In this document: positions 33,497-46,100 of the stretch, piece by piece
How the letters are laid out: each line of letters opens with the position of its first letter
Position numbering within the stretch: position 1 is the first letter of the stretch
Assembly: GCF_011745625.1 (NCBI RefSeq)
Contig: NW_027191459.1
Coordinates: 434,001 to 498,000 of the forward strand
From: Cladosporium halotolerans
Taxonomy: Eukaryota
DNA length: 64,000 bases
Direction: 5' to 3'
Position numbers and translations under genes: made by a program
The notes under the pieces: generated by a model
The model's input: the letters and a program-made list of their open reading frames with translations, nothing else
Databases searched by the model: none
What the model was told of the DNA's origin: nothing

Positions 33497-36400
33497 ATGC
33501 CCTCAGCCAACGACGCCCTCATCCCCGACCTCGACTCGACCCCGGGCACCACCCCGCCCACCAACCAGGGCCTGCACCCCAGCACCGCGACCGCCACCGC
33601 GACCTCGGGCAAGAAGAAAAAGAAGAACAAGAAGAATGGCCGCCAGCCGAAACCGTGGGATGACACCTCCGACGACACGCCCTACCCCAAGTCCGTCACG
33701 CCCAGCCCGCCGACCGACCACTTCGGCAGCGTGCGCCTAAGCGCTGAGCCTACGCCACCCAACTCGGAGCCCGAGGCGGAAGCGGTCGCGCTGAGGGACG
33801 AGGACGAGCAGGCGGTGGCGGCGTGGGTGGAGACGCCGCCGCAGCCGCCCACGGAGCTGGAGCTGGAGCCGGAGCCGGAAGCGCTCAGGCCCGAGCTCTT
33901 GATCGAGGATTATGGGGAGTTTGAACCTACGTTGGATGAAGCGCAGCATGAAGAGAGACCTCCTTCGCCTAAGCCTCCGCCGGCACCGGCTGTCTCGTCT
34001 CCGCGATCTCGCAATGCGGCGCTTGCTACCGCGCAAACTCCTCCCGTGTCCGAGCAATCAGTGAAGAGACCTACACAGTCTCGGAATGCGGACTACAAAG
34101 ACGACAGCAGCCTCTCAAGACCAACGTCGGTCGCTGAAGCTCGACGCGGAGACTCATCCACCCAGCCCCCATCGCCCATGCCGCGCAAGAGCTTCGTCGA
34201 GCCCGTCAACCCGCCGCACATGGCGCAAAACCACTATTTCGCCGTCCCTGGCCTGGACTTTGGTCGTGGCGCCGCGAAGTCGGAGAAAGGGGGCAAGCAG
34301 GCTGGCTCAGAACACTACTGCTGCTGCTTCGATTCCTTCAGTAACGCCGGGGACGCCATGTCAGCCACGAAGGCCAAAGACGCGCTGATCGTCGGCTGGG
34401 AAGGCGGCCTCGAAGTCTACCGCGTGCTAGCAGACAAGATGGAGATCGTGGGCAGGCTCGAAGGACTAAGAGGCGGAGTCGTGGGCGCGAAGATCCTGCC
34501 GTGGAGTAGCGCGGACGTCGACACGGTTGCCCCGCGACCTTTGGTAGCGCTCATCGTCCACGGTCCCATGGTAAGCCAGGCTCGCGACCCATCCTCAAAT
34601 ACCGAGTCGCAAATCTTGGACGGCGAAGACACCACCAAGCACTACCAGACGACGGTCGAAGTCTTCTCCCTACAGACGCAGCAACACCTTTGTACACTGT
34701 ACAAGAGCCTCCCGGTAGCTCTGCCAGAGGCTAAGCTTGGGCAGTTCGCCACCGTGCCTGAACCTGTTGGGGACTTGCGCCTCGATGCCCAAGGCAAGTT
34801 CCTCACCATATCGTCTGGCAAGAGCGGAGAGATCTTCGTCTTCGCGCAAGGACGCCAGTCTACTCCCACTTCCCCTGCTTTCCACTGCATTGGCAAGTAC
34901 TGGACGAGTCTGCAGTCGCGTTTCGATGTCCAGGCGAAACCGAACGGATCCACCGAGCATGTGTCCGGGAGCGAAGCACCTGAGCCGCAGACCTCACCCT
35001 TACTCAGTCTCAGCGGTAGATGGCTGGCGTTGGTGCCACCGAGCTCTTCTTCCAAGATTTCCGTGCAGGGTACGCTGGCGCTGTCCGAAGGCTACCAGCA
35101 GCCTCCTGGCGTCGGTGGACACCTTGCGCCTCCGCAGCCTGCTGTGACTTGCGATATCGTGGGCCTCAACTCCGAAGGCGTGCTCGCAAAGTTCTCTAGA
35201 CAGGCTGCTCAAGAGATTTTGAAGGCATCACGCAGGGGCATAGAGATGGGCATGGCAGGGTGGAGAGAGTTCACTCAGCCTTCACCACCTTCGCGGCCCT
35301 CTCAGCGAGCGGAGAATGGCGAGGAGGCATTCCCGCCTACTAATGCTCCTGGTGAGGATACGAAAAGAGTGGCAAAGGAACCTGCTGTGGTGGCCATTAT
35401 CGATTTGGAGCGCCTCATCGACGCAGAGGAGAACCACGCCAAGCACATCCCCCCTCCGCTCGCTTCGTTCGCGCTGGAAGATGGCTGCAACTATCTCTCC
35501 CTGTCCACGGACGGACTGCGCCTGCTCACCACGAGCCGCAAGGGCGAAGTCTCACACATCTGGGACCTCCGGCACGCCGCTCACGGTTCGTACAGGCAAC
35601 GTGACGTCGAAGATGGCGATAGTGTGGTCGGTCCGCACGTCACGAGGATTCAGCACATCGTGAGGAACAGCCATGCTGTCGTGCTCGACGCCGCTTGGGC
35701 GCGTGATGGCAACTTCGTTGCGATGTTGACTGCACATGGTACTGTTCATCTCCACGAAGTATCTTCTCGACCTCAGGAACGACCGAAACGACGTAGAAAG
35801 AGCACCATAACGGCTCCTACTACCGACAAAGCTGATGCTACCGTCAGTATGTCAGCTGGCATGTCTCCGCCGAGTAGCAACGGATTTCTAGGAGGCATCA
35901 AATCCGGCTGGCAGACTATGAGCACTCAAGTCAACGCCATGCGCTCAAACACAGGCAACGATAGCAGGAGTACTTTCGGTATTCCCAAGACTTTCGCAGG
36001 GTTCAGAGAAGCGACGAACGCCGGTGCAGCAGCCGGAGGACGAGCCATCGCCCGGGGCCTGAGCCAGGGATACAGCGCCGCGCGCATCGGAGCCGCCGAC
36101 GTCTGGCACGCAGACGACAATAAGATCAAGCACAAAGACCTGCCCAACAACATCCCCGCCCGCTCCGTGCGCTGGCTCCGAAGCCGCACCGGCATCGCCA
36201 TCGCCGTCGCCTGCGGCGGCAAAGTCCACCTGTACCCGATCCAGCGCGTCACCCGCCAGCGAGGCGAAACCACTTTCTCCGGCCTCAAGGCCGAGTCCAA
36301 AGGCCGCCGCGAATTCGGCCTCCCGCCCATCACCACCACCACCACCGGCCCCACCTCGCAGTCCTCCAGCAGCAGCAGAGCAAACCCCTGCGCCCGCCAA

Positions 36401-36949
36401 GGCCCCCACGGCTTCTGGGGCCTCCGCGGCGGCGGCGGCGCCGCCGCCGCCACGACCACCACGCACTCCACCCACGCCCCCCCCGCCCCCGACTCCGACA
36501 AAGCCCTCTACGAGACCAACCCGCCCTACTGCCCGCTCTACATCGACCGCCGCGTCTCCATGCTCGGCTACGCGGACCCGGACCCGGACTTCCAGGCCCG
36601 CGGCCACGGCTTCGCCGACGCGCCCTGGCTCTTCGGCGGGCCGCTGCCCGCCGCGACAAAGCTCAACGACCGCTCCGGCGTCAGCGAGGCGAGCTTGTCG
36701 GACGAGGAGGAGGAGGACGGTGGGGTCGGAGGGAACCCGTTGCTCGAGGACGGCGGGCCGAGGGCGCGCGAGGACGAGGGCGTGCAGAGTCGGATCATGA
36801 TCAATCCGGCGAATAATGAGATTCGGATCGGGTCTAGTCGGAGGAAGGGGAGGAAGGGAAAGGGGGTGAGGAGGGCGGAGGAGGGCGAGTTTGAGTTGTT
36901 GGAGGGGGAGGGGGAGGGGGAGGGGGAGGGGGAGGAGGGGATGTTTTGA
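33497..36949 (+). CDS. BCAS3-like WD40/beta-propeller protein
   Basis: 1150-aa ORF with a disordered N-terminus, CCCFDS...GRLEGLRGGVVGAKILPW, LSLSGRWLALVP, YLSLSTDGLRLLTTSRKGEVSHIWDL and TAHGTVHLHE, consistent with my recollection of fungal BCAS3-family proteins. Confidence 0.65.
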   Translation: MPSANDALIPDLDSTPGTTPPTNQGLHPSTATATATSGKKKKKNKKNGRQPKPWDDTSDDTPYPKSVTPSPPTDHFGSVRLSAEPTPPNSEPEAEAVALRDEDEQAVAAWVETPPQPPTELELEPEPEALRPELLIEDYGEFEPTLDEAQHEERPPSPKPPPAPAVSSPRSRNAALATAQTPPVSEQSVKRPTQSRNADYKDDSSLSRPTSVAEARRGDSSTQPPSPMPRKSFVEPVNPPHMAQNHYFAVPGLDFGRGAAKSEKGGKQAGSEHYCCCFDSFSNAGDAMSATKAKDALIVGWEGGLEVYRVLADKMEIVGRLEGLRGGVVGAKILPWSSADVDTVAPRPLVALIVHGPMVSQARDPSSNTESQILDGEDTTKHYQTTVEVFSLQTQQHLCTLYKSLPVALPEAKLGQFATVPEPVGDLRLDAQGKFLTISSGKSGEIFVFAQGRQSTPTSPAFHCIGKYWTSLQSRFDVQAKPNGSTEHVSGSEAPEPQTSPLLSLSGRWLALVPPSSSSKISVQGTLALSEGYQQPPGVGGHLAPPQPAVTCDIVGLNSEGVLAKFSRQAAQEILKASRRGIEMGMAGWREFTQPSPPSRPSQRAENGEEAFPPTNAPGEDTKRVAKEPAVVAIIDLERLIDAEENHAKHIPPPLASFALEDGCNYLSLSTDGLRLLTTSRKGEVSHIWDLRHAAHGSYRQRDVEDGDSVVGPHVTRIQHIVRNSHAVVLDAAWARDGNFVAMLTAHGTVHLHEVSSRPQERPKRRRKSTITAPTTDKADATVSMSAGMSPPSSNGFLGGIKSGWQTMSTQVNAMRSNTGNDSRSTFGIPKTFAGFREATNAGAAAGGRAIARGLSQGYSAARIGAADVWHADDNKIKHKDLPNNIPARSVRWLRSRTGIAIAVACGGKVHLYPIQRVTRQRGETTFSGLKAESKGRREFGLPPITTTTTGPTSQSSSSSRANPCARQGPHGFWGLRGGGGAAAATTTTHSTHAPPAPDSDKALYETNPPYCPLYIDRRVSMLGYADPDPDFQARGHGFADAPWLFGGPLPAATKLNDRSGVSEASLSDEEEEDGGVGGNPLLEDGGPRAREDEGVQSRIMINPANNEIRIGSSRRKGRKGKGVRRAEEGEFELLEGEGEGEGEGEEGMF
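36902..36940 (+). repeat. (GAGGGG)5 coding hexanucleotide repeat encoding EGEGEGEGEG
   Basis: Read directly from the sequence at the 3' end of the BCAS3-like CDS. Confidence 0.9.
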
Positions 36950-38017
36950 TTTGATTTTCATTCGGGTTGTTGATGACGCGTGCCCTGTTTTGGGGGATGG
37001 TGAGGAGGAGTTTTCGGTTGGCAGATTAGGGCCTGGCGGGTTTACTCTATAGAACAAGACTTGGGATTTTTTGTTGCCGGCTGGCGATTGGGAGGCGCTA
37101 CTTTTGGAATGGGATTGCATGAGGATCGGCTCGATTTGACTTGCATTGGTTTGGTTGGGTTTTTGGGGATGTTTTGGCACGCCACGCACGTACAGAAAGA
37201 CAGATACCCTGATTTTATTGGCTGTATTGAAATCGCATTCTAAATTGATGAGTGTCTGGCCATCTGGTTTCTTGAGTGATGCCATTTTCTTAGTGCTTAT
37301 GGGTAGCTTTATGAGACGATACGAACAGCAGTGGAAGACGTTCGCCTATTGCGACTCGTTGCTTTGTGAGGCATATGGCCTCGTGGGCGCGCGGAAGATG
37401 GTAGTGGTAGCTTATAGAGGCATCGCCTTAATATCGGTTAAGCAATTACTGTTACTGGTCGTAAATTTTGAGGTATGTAGCGTAGCGCCTTGTTAGCACG
37501 CGAAACTTAGTGGAGATAGTAGAGGCATCGCCTCATTGTCGATCAACCAACTTTCCGAACGTACAGAGTGAGGTCAGAACCGAGACCCTACCTGGGGAAG
37601 AAACGAGCTGCCTGCTGCTTCCCGTCCCGGCCGCCGAACTTCCTCTAGCCGGAAAGGCACATTTGTGGTCGTGCGCTAAGCTTTTCCACCATTGAAGCCG
37701 CACAGACACGCAAGGTCCTCGACCTCCTCACGTGTCGTCCAATACCACCTGCCCACTGCACAACTCAGCTCCATCAGCCCTCCCTCCATCACCGCACCGC
37801 TGCCTCGTGCTCCCTTCTTCACTACCTGCATTTTGCCTCATCGCGCTAGCGCATCCATCACCGCAATTCACACTTCCTTCGTCCGTTTGTCATCCAGACC
37901 ACCTCGAAACACTCGAGCGCACACTGACCATCGCGCAGTCACCACAAAAACTCGAATATCCATCGCGGAGCCTCTGCTTTCTTCACTGTACCACTACTCG
38001 ACTGCTCCCTCGCAAAC

Positions 38018-39797
38018 ATGGCTGCCGAAGTCTCATCCATCCCTGTGAACGGCACCTATGCGCCGCAGCACAACTTCGACCAGCAGCAAGCCTACGCCCA
38101 GCAAGCCTACACCCAGGCACCGCCCGCCTCTACCACACCTGCCTCCACCGCGCCCAGCCAGCCTGAGATCCCTAAGGATGAGGTGGGATGGTACTTCGTC
38201 GAGCAGTACTACACCACTCTTAGCCGCACACCTGAGAAGCTCTACGTAAGATGCATGGAGATTGTGCTCTGCTTGGATACATTGGCTGACTTGAGCTCAG
38301 CTGTACTACAACAAGCGCTCCCAGTTCGTGTCCGGAAACGAGACCGACAAGGTCCAGGTCTGCGTTGGCCAGAGGGTAAGGAACGCCGCAAGACTGTCCA
38401 CATCAAACACGCCGTCTGACTCCACCTCCAGGCGATTAACGACAGGATAAAGGAGCTCGACTTCCAGGACTGCAAAGTCCGCATCACCAACGTCGACTCC
38501 CAGGCCTCCGACGTCAACATCGTCATCCAGGTCATCGGCGAGATCTCCAACCGTTCCCAGCCGCACCGCAAGTTCACTCAGACCTTCGTTCTCGCCCAGC
38601 AGACTAATGGATACTTCGTATTGAACGATATTTTCCGCTACATGATCGAGGAGGAGGAGGAGACCGTTCCGGCTGAGACTGTCAAGGCCGAGGAGGAGAT
38701 TCAGCAGACCCCGGCTGCCGAGAGCGGGTTCCAGGAGCCGCCTCCTACCGCTGAGGATACTGAGCCTAAGACTCTGAGCAGCTCTACCGACAAGGCCGCC
38801 GTTGAGGAGTCCGCGCAGACTATGGACAAGGAGCTCGAGGAGAAGGTCCTGAAGGAGCAGCCGGCCGAGGAGCCCAAGGAGGAGGCTGCGCCGGCCGTCA
38901 ACGGAGCCGAGGAGAAGAAGGAGCAGGAAGTTGAGGCTGAGGAGCCCGCTGCTGCCCAGCCTGCCATTGAACAAGAGAAGCCCCGCGACCCCGAGCCCAC
39001 TCCTGTCTCCGAGCAGCCTCCCAAGGTCACCAAGCCTGCCGCCGCGCCCGCCGCCCCCAAGGCCCCCATCCCCAAGACCTGGGCCAGCCTTGCCGCCTCC
39101 GCCAACAAGAGCGTCGCCATGCCCGCTGCTCCCTCCGCTACTCCGGCCGCTGCCCCCGCGCAGAAGCCTGCTGCTGCCGCGAAGTCGGCTCCCGCAGCTG
39201 CTACCGCCCAGACCTCTTCCGCCGCTGCGCCCGCACCTGCAGCTCAGCGTGAGGCTTCCCCCGCCACCAACTCTGGAGACGAGTGGACCGCCGTCAGCGG
39301 CAGCCACAACAGGCAGCAGTCCCGCCAGGTCAACGGCCAGCAGCAGGAGCCCTCGCACCCGCGCGGCTACATCAAGAACGTGCAGGAGAACATCAAGGGC
39401 CCTGAGATGAAGGAGAAGCTTGCTCAGTTCGGCGAGGTCAATTACTTTGACATTTACCGTGCGAAGGTATGTTGAAGGTCCAGACACGCGTGGAACACAT
39501 TTACTAACAAAAATACAGAGCTGTGCTTTCGTCGACTTCAAGACCCCCGAGGGCTACAAGAACGCCGTCGCCAACAGCCCCTTCCAGATCGGAGACGAGA
39601 AGTTCTGGATCGAGGAGCGCCGCACCAACCGCTCCAACAACGGCCAGCAGCAGTTTGCCGGCCGTGGCAACTTCCAGCAGGGCGGCAGCCGTGGCCGCGG
39701 TAACTTCCGCAACGACGGTGGCCGTGGTGGCTTCGGCCAGAGGGGTGGTCGCGGCGGCGCTGCCAGGGGCGCCCGTGGCGGTGCTCAGGCCTCTTAG
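38018..39797 (+). CDS. NTF2 + RRM + RGG protein, G3BP/Nxt3/Bre5 family (exons 38018-38245, 38301-38375, 38432-39466, 39519-39797)
   Basis: EVGWYFVEQYYTTL, KFTQTFVLAQQTNGYFVLNDIFRY, PKTWASLA motif, RRM (YIKNV...CAFVDF) and RGG tail. Three frame-consistent introns. Confidence 0.92.
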
Positions 39798-40952
39798 ATC
39801 TTCCAAAGAAGAGCCGGATGAAAAATGAGCATCCGGTCACGTCGCGACCACTGGACTCATTCCAACCCCGGCCGCTGGACGACACCGCATCCTTGATTCT
39901 TCGAATGTACAATAACGGCTAGACGTCCTTCTTCACGGCCCAATGACTTTTGGAATGCAAGGGGCTGGCGCCGGAGAAACGACATGACTGGGACGAACGA
40001 GGGGAGCAAAAGCAGAAACGCCCGTGTGTTACAGGTTTTCATCTTTCCACGCACGTCGCTTCCAGGACTTCCTCAGTCCATCATGGACATTACGAAGGGG
40101 AGGCTACACACCAAAAGAACCGGCAACCAGCGAGCGCCTGCTTTTCTTTGAGTTTTTCATCGGAAGGGGGAAAAATGGGGGGATTTGCGCGCGTGGCATC
40201 TGTTCTTTTTTACGCTAGCGATCCTTGCTTGTTTCATTCTTATCTTTTCCTCTCGCCTTTGGAATGTCCGGTCCGGTCGGGGGAACGGCTCGTGTGCTCA
40301 TATGTGTATTTTTACCTGTTCACTAGTTTCCGAGTTGGAGCGTCTAGCTGTAGCTGTAGCATGTCTGTCTGTCTATCTGTTGGCCGCAAGGAGACCGTTC
40401 GCTTCTGAGTGCTTGGGGGATTTTGTGTTTTTCTTTCTTGAAAGACTGTTCGGGTTCGTGCTGTTGACGCTGATTAGGTTGATTGTGAGAAGCGCGCGAT
40501 GGCGATGTTGGATTCTTGAAGGCATTGGTTTGCAGCATGTGTTGCTACTTGCGTCTCCTCATTGCTAGGCATACCATTGAATGGCAGTACATGAATAACT
40601 TACTTGCAGCTTGATCTCACAACTCTGGCCTCCGGCGCTTGCTGACCTGCCTTCCACCTCGGTGCAATTCCTCCGTCTCGTCCCCAATTTACCCGGAGGA
40701 GCTTCGAGCTTCAACTCCACCTCCACCTCCAGCTCGCCCTTGCCCGCCGGCGTCAATAGCCGACACAGCGTCTCGTGGCCTGCGATGGTTTGCCGACGCG
40801 CGAAGAGAGGTGCAGCCAAGGTTCGCGGCGTGCGTGTGTTGTTCTTCATGTAAGAGTAGTAGGTTCCTCTGTCAATCAGTGACACTGTTCTTCGTTTTCC
40901 TCCGCTTGTCGTAGGATCATTTCTGGACTACTACGGCGACTGATATAGCGAC

Positions 40953-43023
40953 ATGGCTTCCACGGGCAAGGTTGCGGCGGCAAACCAGCCTTTCCCTCCT
41001 CACGCTTTCGCGCAGAATCCGCTCAAGGACCGCCAGGATGTCGTCGATGCTTGCGCGGCGCTGCTCGATCCGCTCGAGGCGGGTTTCTCGCCGCAGTGTG
41101 CTATGGTGAGAGTTGGTGGGACGGGGACTCGATGTGAGTTGGAACATGTGTTGTGGCTTTGTTTGGTGATAGGCGTCTGACAATTGATCACAGTCGACGA
41201 GACAGCAGCACAGATCGAAGGCTTCGCGCGTCCACTCTGGGGCCTGGCGTCGTTGCTCGCGGGCGGCTCGGAGTACGGCAAGACGCAGCTGTTCGTCAAG
41301 GGCCTGGCGTCTGGCACTGACCCTGATGGACCGGAGTTCTGGGGCAACATGGAGGATCTGGATCAGCGGATGGTCGAGTCCTGCCCGATTGGATTCACCC
41401 TTGCCGTTGCTGGGAAGGACTTTTGGGATCCGCTGAGTGACCGCGAGAAGGCGAATGTTGCCGCTTGGATCGGATCGATGAACGACAAGGAGATGCCGAA
41501 CACCAACTGGCTTTGGTTCCGCGTGTTTGCTAACCTGGGTCTGAAGGCCAATGGAGCCGCCTACTCGCAGGAGCGGATCTTCGCTGACATGGACCATCTG
41601 GATACGTTCTATCGTGGCGGCGGCTGGTCTAATGATGGGCCCGCAGGGTACACACAGATGGACTACTACAGTGGCTCGTTCGCGATCCAATTCCTACAGC
41701 TCCTCTATGCCAAACTTGCGAACGACACCGATCCCAAACGCGCCGAAGAATACCGGCACCGCGCCCGAGTCTTCGCCCTAGACTTCGTCCACTACCAAGA
41801 CCCAGACGGTCACTCCATCCCCTTTGGCCGCAGCATGACCTACCGCTTCGCGACCATCGGCTTCTGGAGCGCCATGGCCTTCGCGGACGTCGACCCGCCT
41901 GCGCCCCTTACATGGGGCATGGCCAAAGGCCTACTCCTCCGCAACCTGCGGTGGTGGACGCAGCACCCGCACATCTTCCAGCCCAACGGCATGCTCAACA
42001 TCGGCTACACGTACCCCAATTACTACCTCGCCGAACCCTACAACTCCCCCGGCTCGCCATACTGGTGCATGCTGGCGTTCGCCGCTCTCGCGCAGCCCGC
42101 TTCTCACCCGTTCTGGAGCAGCGCGGAGGAAGCCCACCCATTCACACAAACCCCGAGTCCCATACCGTTCGTCAAAGCCCTCAAGCACCCCCTGCACATC
42201 ATGGTGCACAAGGGCGGCCACACCTTCCTGCTCTCCTCAGGCCAGAAATGCCACTATCCGCTCAAAGGTCCGTCTCTCCCTCCCACCACCCCTAAACAAA
42301 ACCCCACCCACCTAACCCTCCGCAGCAACGCAAGCCAAATACGGCCACTTCGCCTACAGCGCCGCCTTCGCCTACTCCGTGCCCACCGGCGGCTACACGC
42401 TCGAGCAGTTCGCGCCCGAATCCGCGCTCGCGCTCAGCGACGACGGCGGCGAGATCTGGAAGATGCGCCGCGAGGTGCTCGACGCGCAGATCATTGACCG
42501 CGACGGCCAGCCTGTCCTCTACTCTTTTATGCGGCCGTGGCCGGACGTCGAGGTGCAGACGTGGTTGCTGCCGCCGACGGACGAGGCGCCGAACTGGCAT
42601 TTGCGGGTGCATAGGGTTGTGACGGGACGGGAGCTGATGAGTGCTGAGGGGGGTTTCGCGGTTAAGGGGACGAGGGAGAGGGATGGGAGGATGTTGGGGA
42701 ATTTTATTAAGGATGGGGAGGGGACGAGGGCGGAGGGAAGGGAGGCGGTTGTTGTTTCGAAGGCGGGGGCGGTGGGCGTGCTGGAGTTGAGGGATGGGGA
42801 GAGGAAGGGGGGCGTTTGTCAGGTTGATGCGAATAGTAACCTTGTGGAGCCTAGGACATTGTTGCCGACGCTTTATGGGGATTTGAAGGCGGGCGAGACG
42901 AGGAGTTTCGTTTCGGCGGTTTTTGCGCTGCCGGCTGGGACGGAGGGTTGGGAGGGTAGGTGGGAAGCGGAGTGGGAGAGGAGGCCGAAGGTGCCAGCGT
43001 GGGTGGAGGAGGTGTTGAAATAG
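40953..43023 (+). CDS. DUF2264 family protein (exons 40953-41133, 41194-42267, 42326-43023)
   Basis: [61 protein letters not shown] and AKYGHFAYS. Two frame-consistent introns. Confidence 0.85.
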
Positions 43024-43123
43024 CTAGTGCTTGCAAATGACATGATGATATGAACAGAGCGTTGATGTTTTACATATATGCTACAATTTACAGTACAATT
43101 GGATAACTCTTCGTCCAACTCTC

Positions 43124-46100
43124 TCAAACCTCAACTCCCTTCTCAGCTAAAGCCTTCTGACACCTCCCGCAAGGTGTCTCCGCATCCTCAGCAGTATACT
43201 GCCAGCAGCGCACACACTTGCTCATTCGCGGCGGCAGAACCGCCACCTTCGCCACAACCTCCTCCTGTCCATCCACCTCGTGAACCTCCAGTGGCGCTTC
43301 AAACCTCCACTCCTCGCCCTCAGCAACCGAAACAACCTCCGACACCCCATCAGTCCACTCAAGCTGCGCCTCGCTAACAACCAACAACGACGCCAGCTCC
43401 CCCTCAAACTCCCCAAACTCCTCCGTCAACCTCCTCAACCCCTCCGCCCCATCCCTCTTCGCCATCACAACAACCCGACACGCAAGCCCACTCCCCAACT
43501 TCCCCCTCGACCTCGCCTCCTCCTGCGCCAGCTTCACAGCGCGGCTCAGCTGCTCAAACGCCCCAGCCGCAAACTCCACATCCCTCCCCTCTCCCCCATT
43601 CGGCGCAATGAACGGCCCCTCCCACTTCCTCCTAAACGGCTCACACTCCCCCTTCAATCTTCCCGGCAAGAACTCCACCATCTCCTGCACCAGGTGCGGC
43701 GTCACGGGCGCGAGCCAATGCAGCATCTCGCGCAGCACCGCGAACAGCACGCCCTGGACCTGCGCGCGCTGCGCCCCCGTGCCGGTGTACAGCAGGTCCT
43801 TGGCGATCTCGAAGTAGAAGGCGCTCAGGTCGGCGGCGACGAAGGCGTTGAGCTCGCGCACGCCCTCGTGGAAGCGGTAGGCGGCGTAGGAGGCCGCGAT
43901 GGCGGCGGATTTGCGGGAGAGGTGGTGCGTGATGAGGGTTGTTGCGAAGGGGGTGCGAGTTGAGGTGGTTTGGGGGGATGTGGAGGGGTCGAAGTCCTGC
44001 AGCACGCCGCAGAGGAATTTGAGCGTGACGCGGAGTTTCTGCAGGGATTGCTGGATGCCGAGCAGGCCTTGCTGGGAGATGGGGACGTCCTTTGTGTAGT
44101 CTGAGGACGCGACCCAGAGGCGGAGGAGGTCGGGACCGAGGCTGTCTTGTTGTTTCTTTTTGGTGCTCTTTACGGGTTCCGCGACGGGGACTTTGCCGTT
44201 TTTGCCGGCCTTTTTGGCGGGTTGCTGGAGGAGAGAGCCGGAGACGATTTCGGCGGGTGAGATGGTGTTGCCGATGGATTTGCTCATTTTGCGGCCGTCG
44301 CCGTCGAGGATGAAGCCGTGGGTCAGGAGGGTGCCGTAGGGGGCTCGGGGTTTGCTGTTGGGGTCTTGAGTGGCGATTGCGGTGAGGAGGGAGCTCTGGA
44401 ACCAGCCGCGGTGCTGGTCGGAACCTTCGACGTATACGTCTGCGAGAGGTTTGTTATCTCGAGGGGCGAGTGATGTCCATGTAGTGCCTGAGTCGAACCA
44501 GACGTCCATCGTGTCTTTTCCTCGAACCCACTTGCCGGGCTCTAAGCTCGGATGGAGCCAAGACGGATCGTCTCTGGCATCCGAAAACCAGGAATCGGAT
44601 CCACGCTCTTGGATTACCGAGATGATGTGGTTGATGCTCTCATCGGTGATGCATGCTTCGCCTGTCTCGACGTGATACAGAGCAGGAATAGGCACGCCCC
44701 AAGCTCGCTGGCGAGAAATGCACCACTGGCTGCGTCCCTCAATGAACGCTTTCAGACGGTTTCGTCCGCTCTCCGGGACGAACTTGACGTCTTCGATAGC
44801 GGTGAGTGCGCGATCTTTGATCAAGGAAACGTCCGCGAACCACTGTGCCGTCGCACGTGTGATGACAGGTTGTTTTGTTCGCCAATCGATGGGGTTCTTG
44901 TGTGAGAAACTGTGCGCGACGAGCAGGAGGCCGAAGTCGGAGTGTATCACGTCAGGATCTTGAAGCAATTCAAGGACCTTACGCGCTCCCTCCTTCTCGG
45001 CAAAAAGTCCAGTCAGTGATCGAGGAGCTTCGCCAGCCTCTTCTCCTGTGGACGATGATTGCTCCGGAAATGCTTCGGCTGTGAAGCGACCTTCGTCGTC
45101 GACAGGGGCGAAAGCCGGCCCAATGCCGTATTTCTGGCAGACCTGGTAGTCCTCCATGCCGTGACCTGGCGCCATATGGACCAGACCCGTTCCAGATGTG
45201 GCTGTGACGAAGTCGGCGGAGACGAAACGAGATTGTTGTTTTTGAAACACGTTGAGGCATGATGGCCTTCGGTCGTCGTCGAGCTCGGAACCAGAAATAC
45301 TGTCGACAACGTAGTCGACGGTCGTGCCTTCGGGAAGGAATGAGAGTACATGCTCGACTCTGTCCTTGGCGATGAGGTACTGGTCGGACTGCTCGCTGCG
45401 CGGAGTATCCGGCTGGTAGATTTTGATGACAGCGTATTCGATGTCACGGTTGAAGGCGATGGCCTTATTCGCAGGCAGAGTCCATGGCGTGGTGGTCCAG
45501 ATCAGAGCGTTCATATAGTCGCCGAAAACACCCTTGCGCCTCTCCAAAGCCCGCGGCAGACTCACAAACGGCATCTTCACAAAAGCAGCTGTACACTTGT
45601 GCTGGTCATCGTATTCCAACTCAGCCTCAGCGAGCGCAGTTCGAGACGAAGGAGACCAATGAACGGGGCGGTGATCGCGGAAAATGAGACCTATCATACC
45701 AATCAATACCTGCTCTATCTGTGCATCTACTATAGTGCAACCCATGCTTACCCTGCTTGACCATCTCCCTGAACACGCCCAACTGCCTGATCTCAAAGTC
45801 ACGGTCCATGGTCTTGTAAGGAGTGTCCCATTCGCCCATCACGCCCCAGCTGCGAAACTCTTTCTTCTGATCTTCAATAGTGCGACTGGCGAGCTGGCTC
45901 GCTTTGCGCCTGATCTTGAGCGGAGACATGCCAGCAGCAGCCGCTTCGCCCGCTTCTTTGCCCTGAGCTGCCTGGTTCTGCTGCAGAGCCTTGAGCTCAA
46001 TCGGCAAGCCATGACAGTCCCATCCAGGCTGGTACTGGACGCGCTTGCCGCTGCCCAGCTCGGAGCGCACGATGATGTCCTTCAGGATCTTGTTCAGAGC

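Noticed and set aside
43021..43053. TAG-CTAG readthrough-like context after DUF2264
   Set aside because: The extension (xLVLANDMMI*) has no PTS1, and the efficient motif is normally TGA-CTA.
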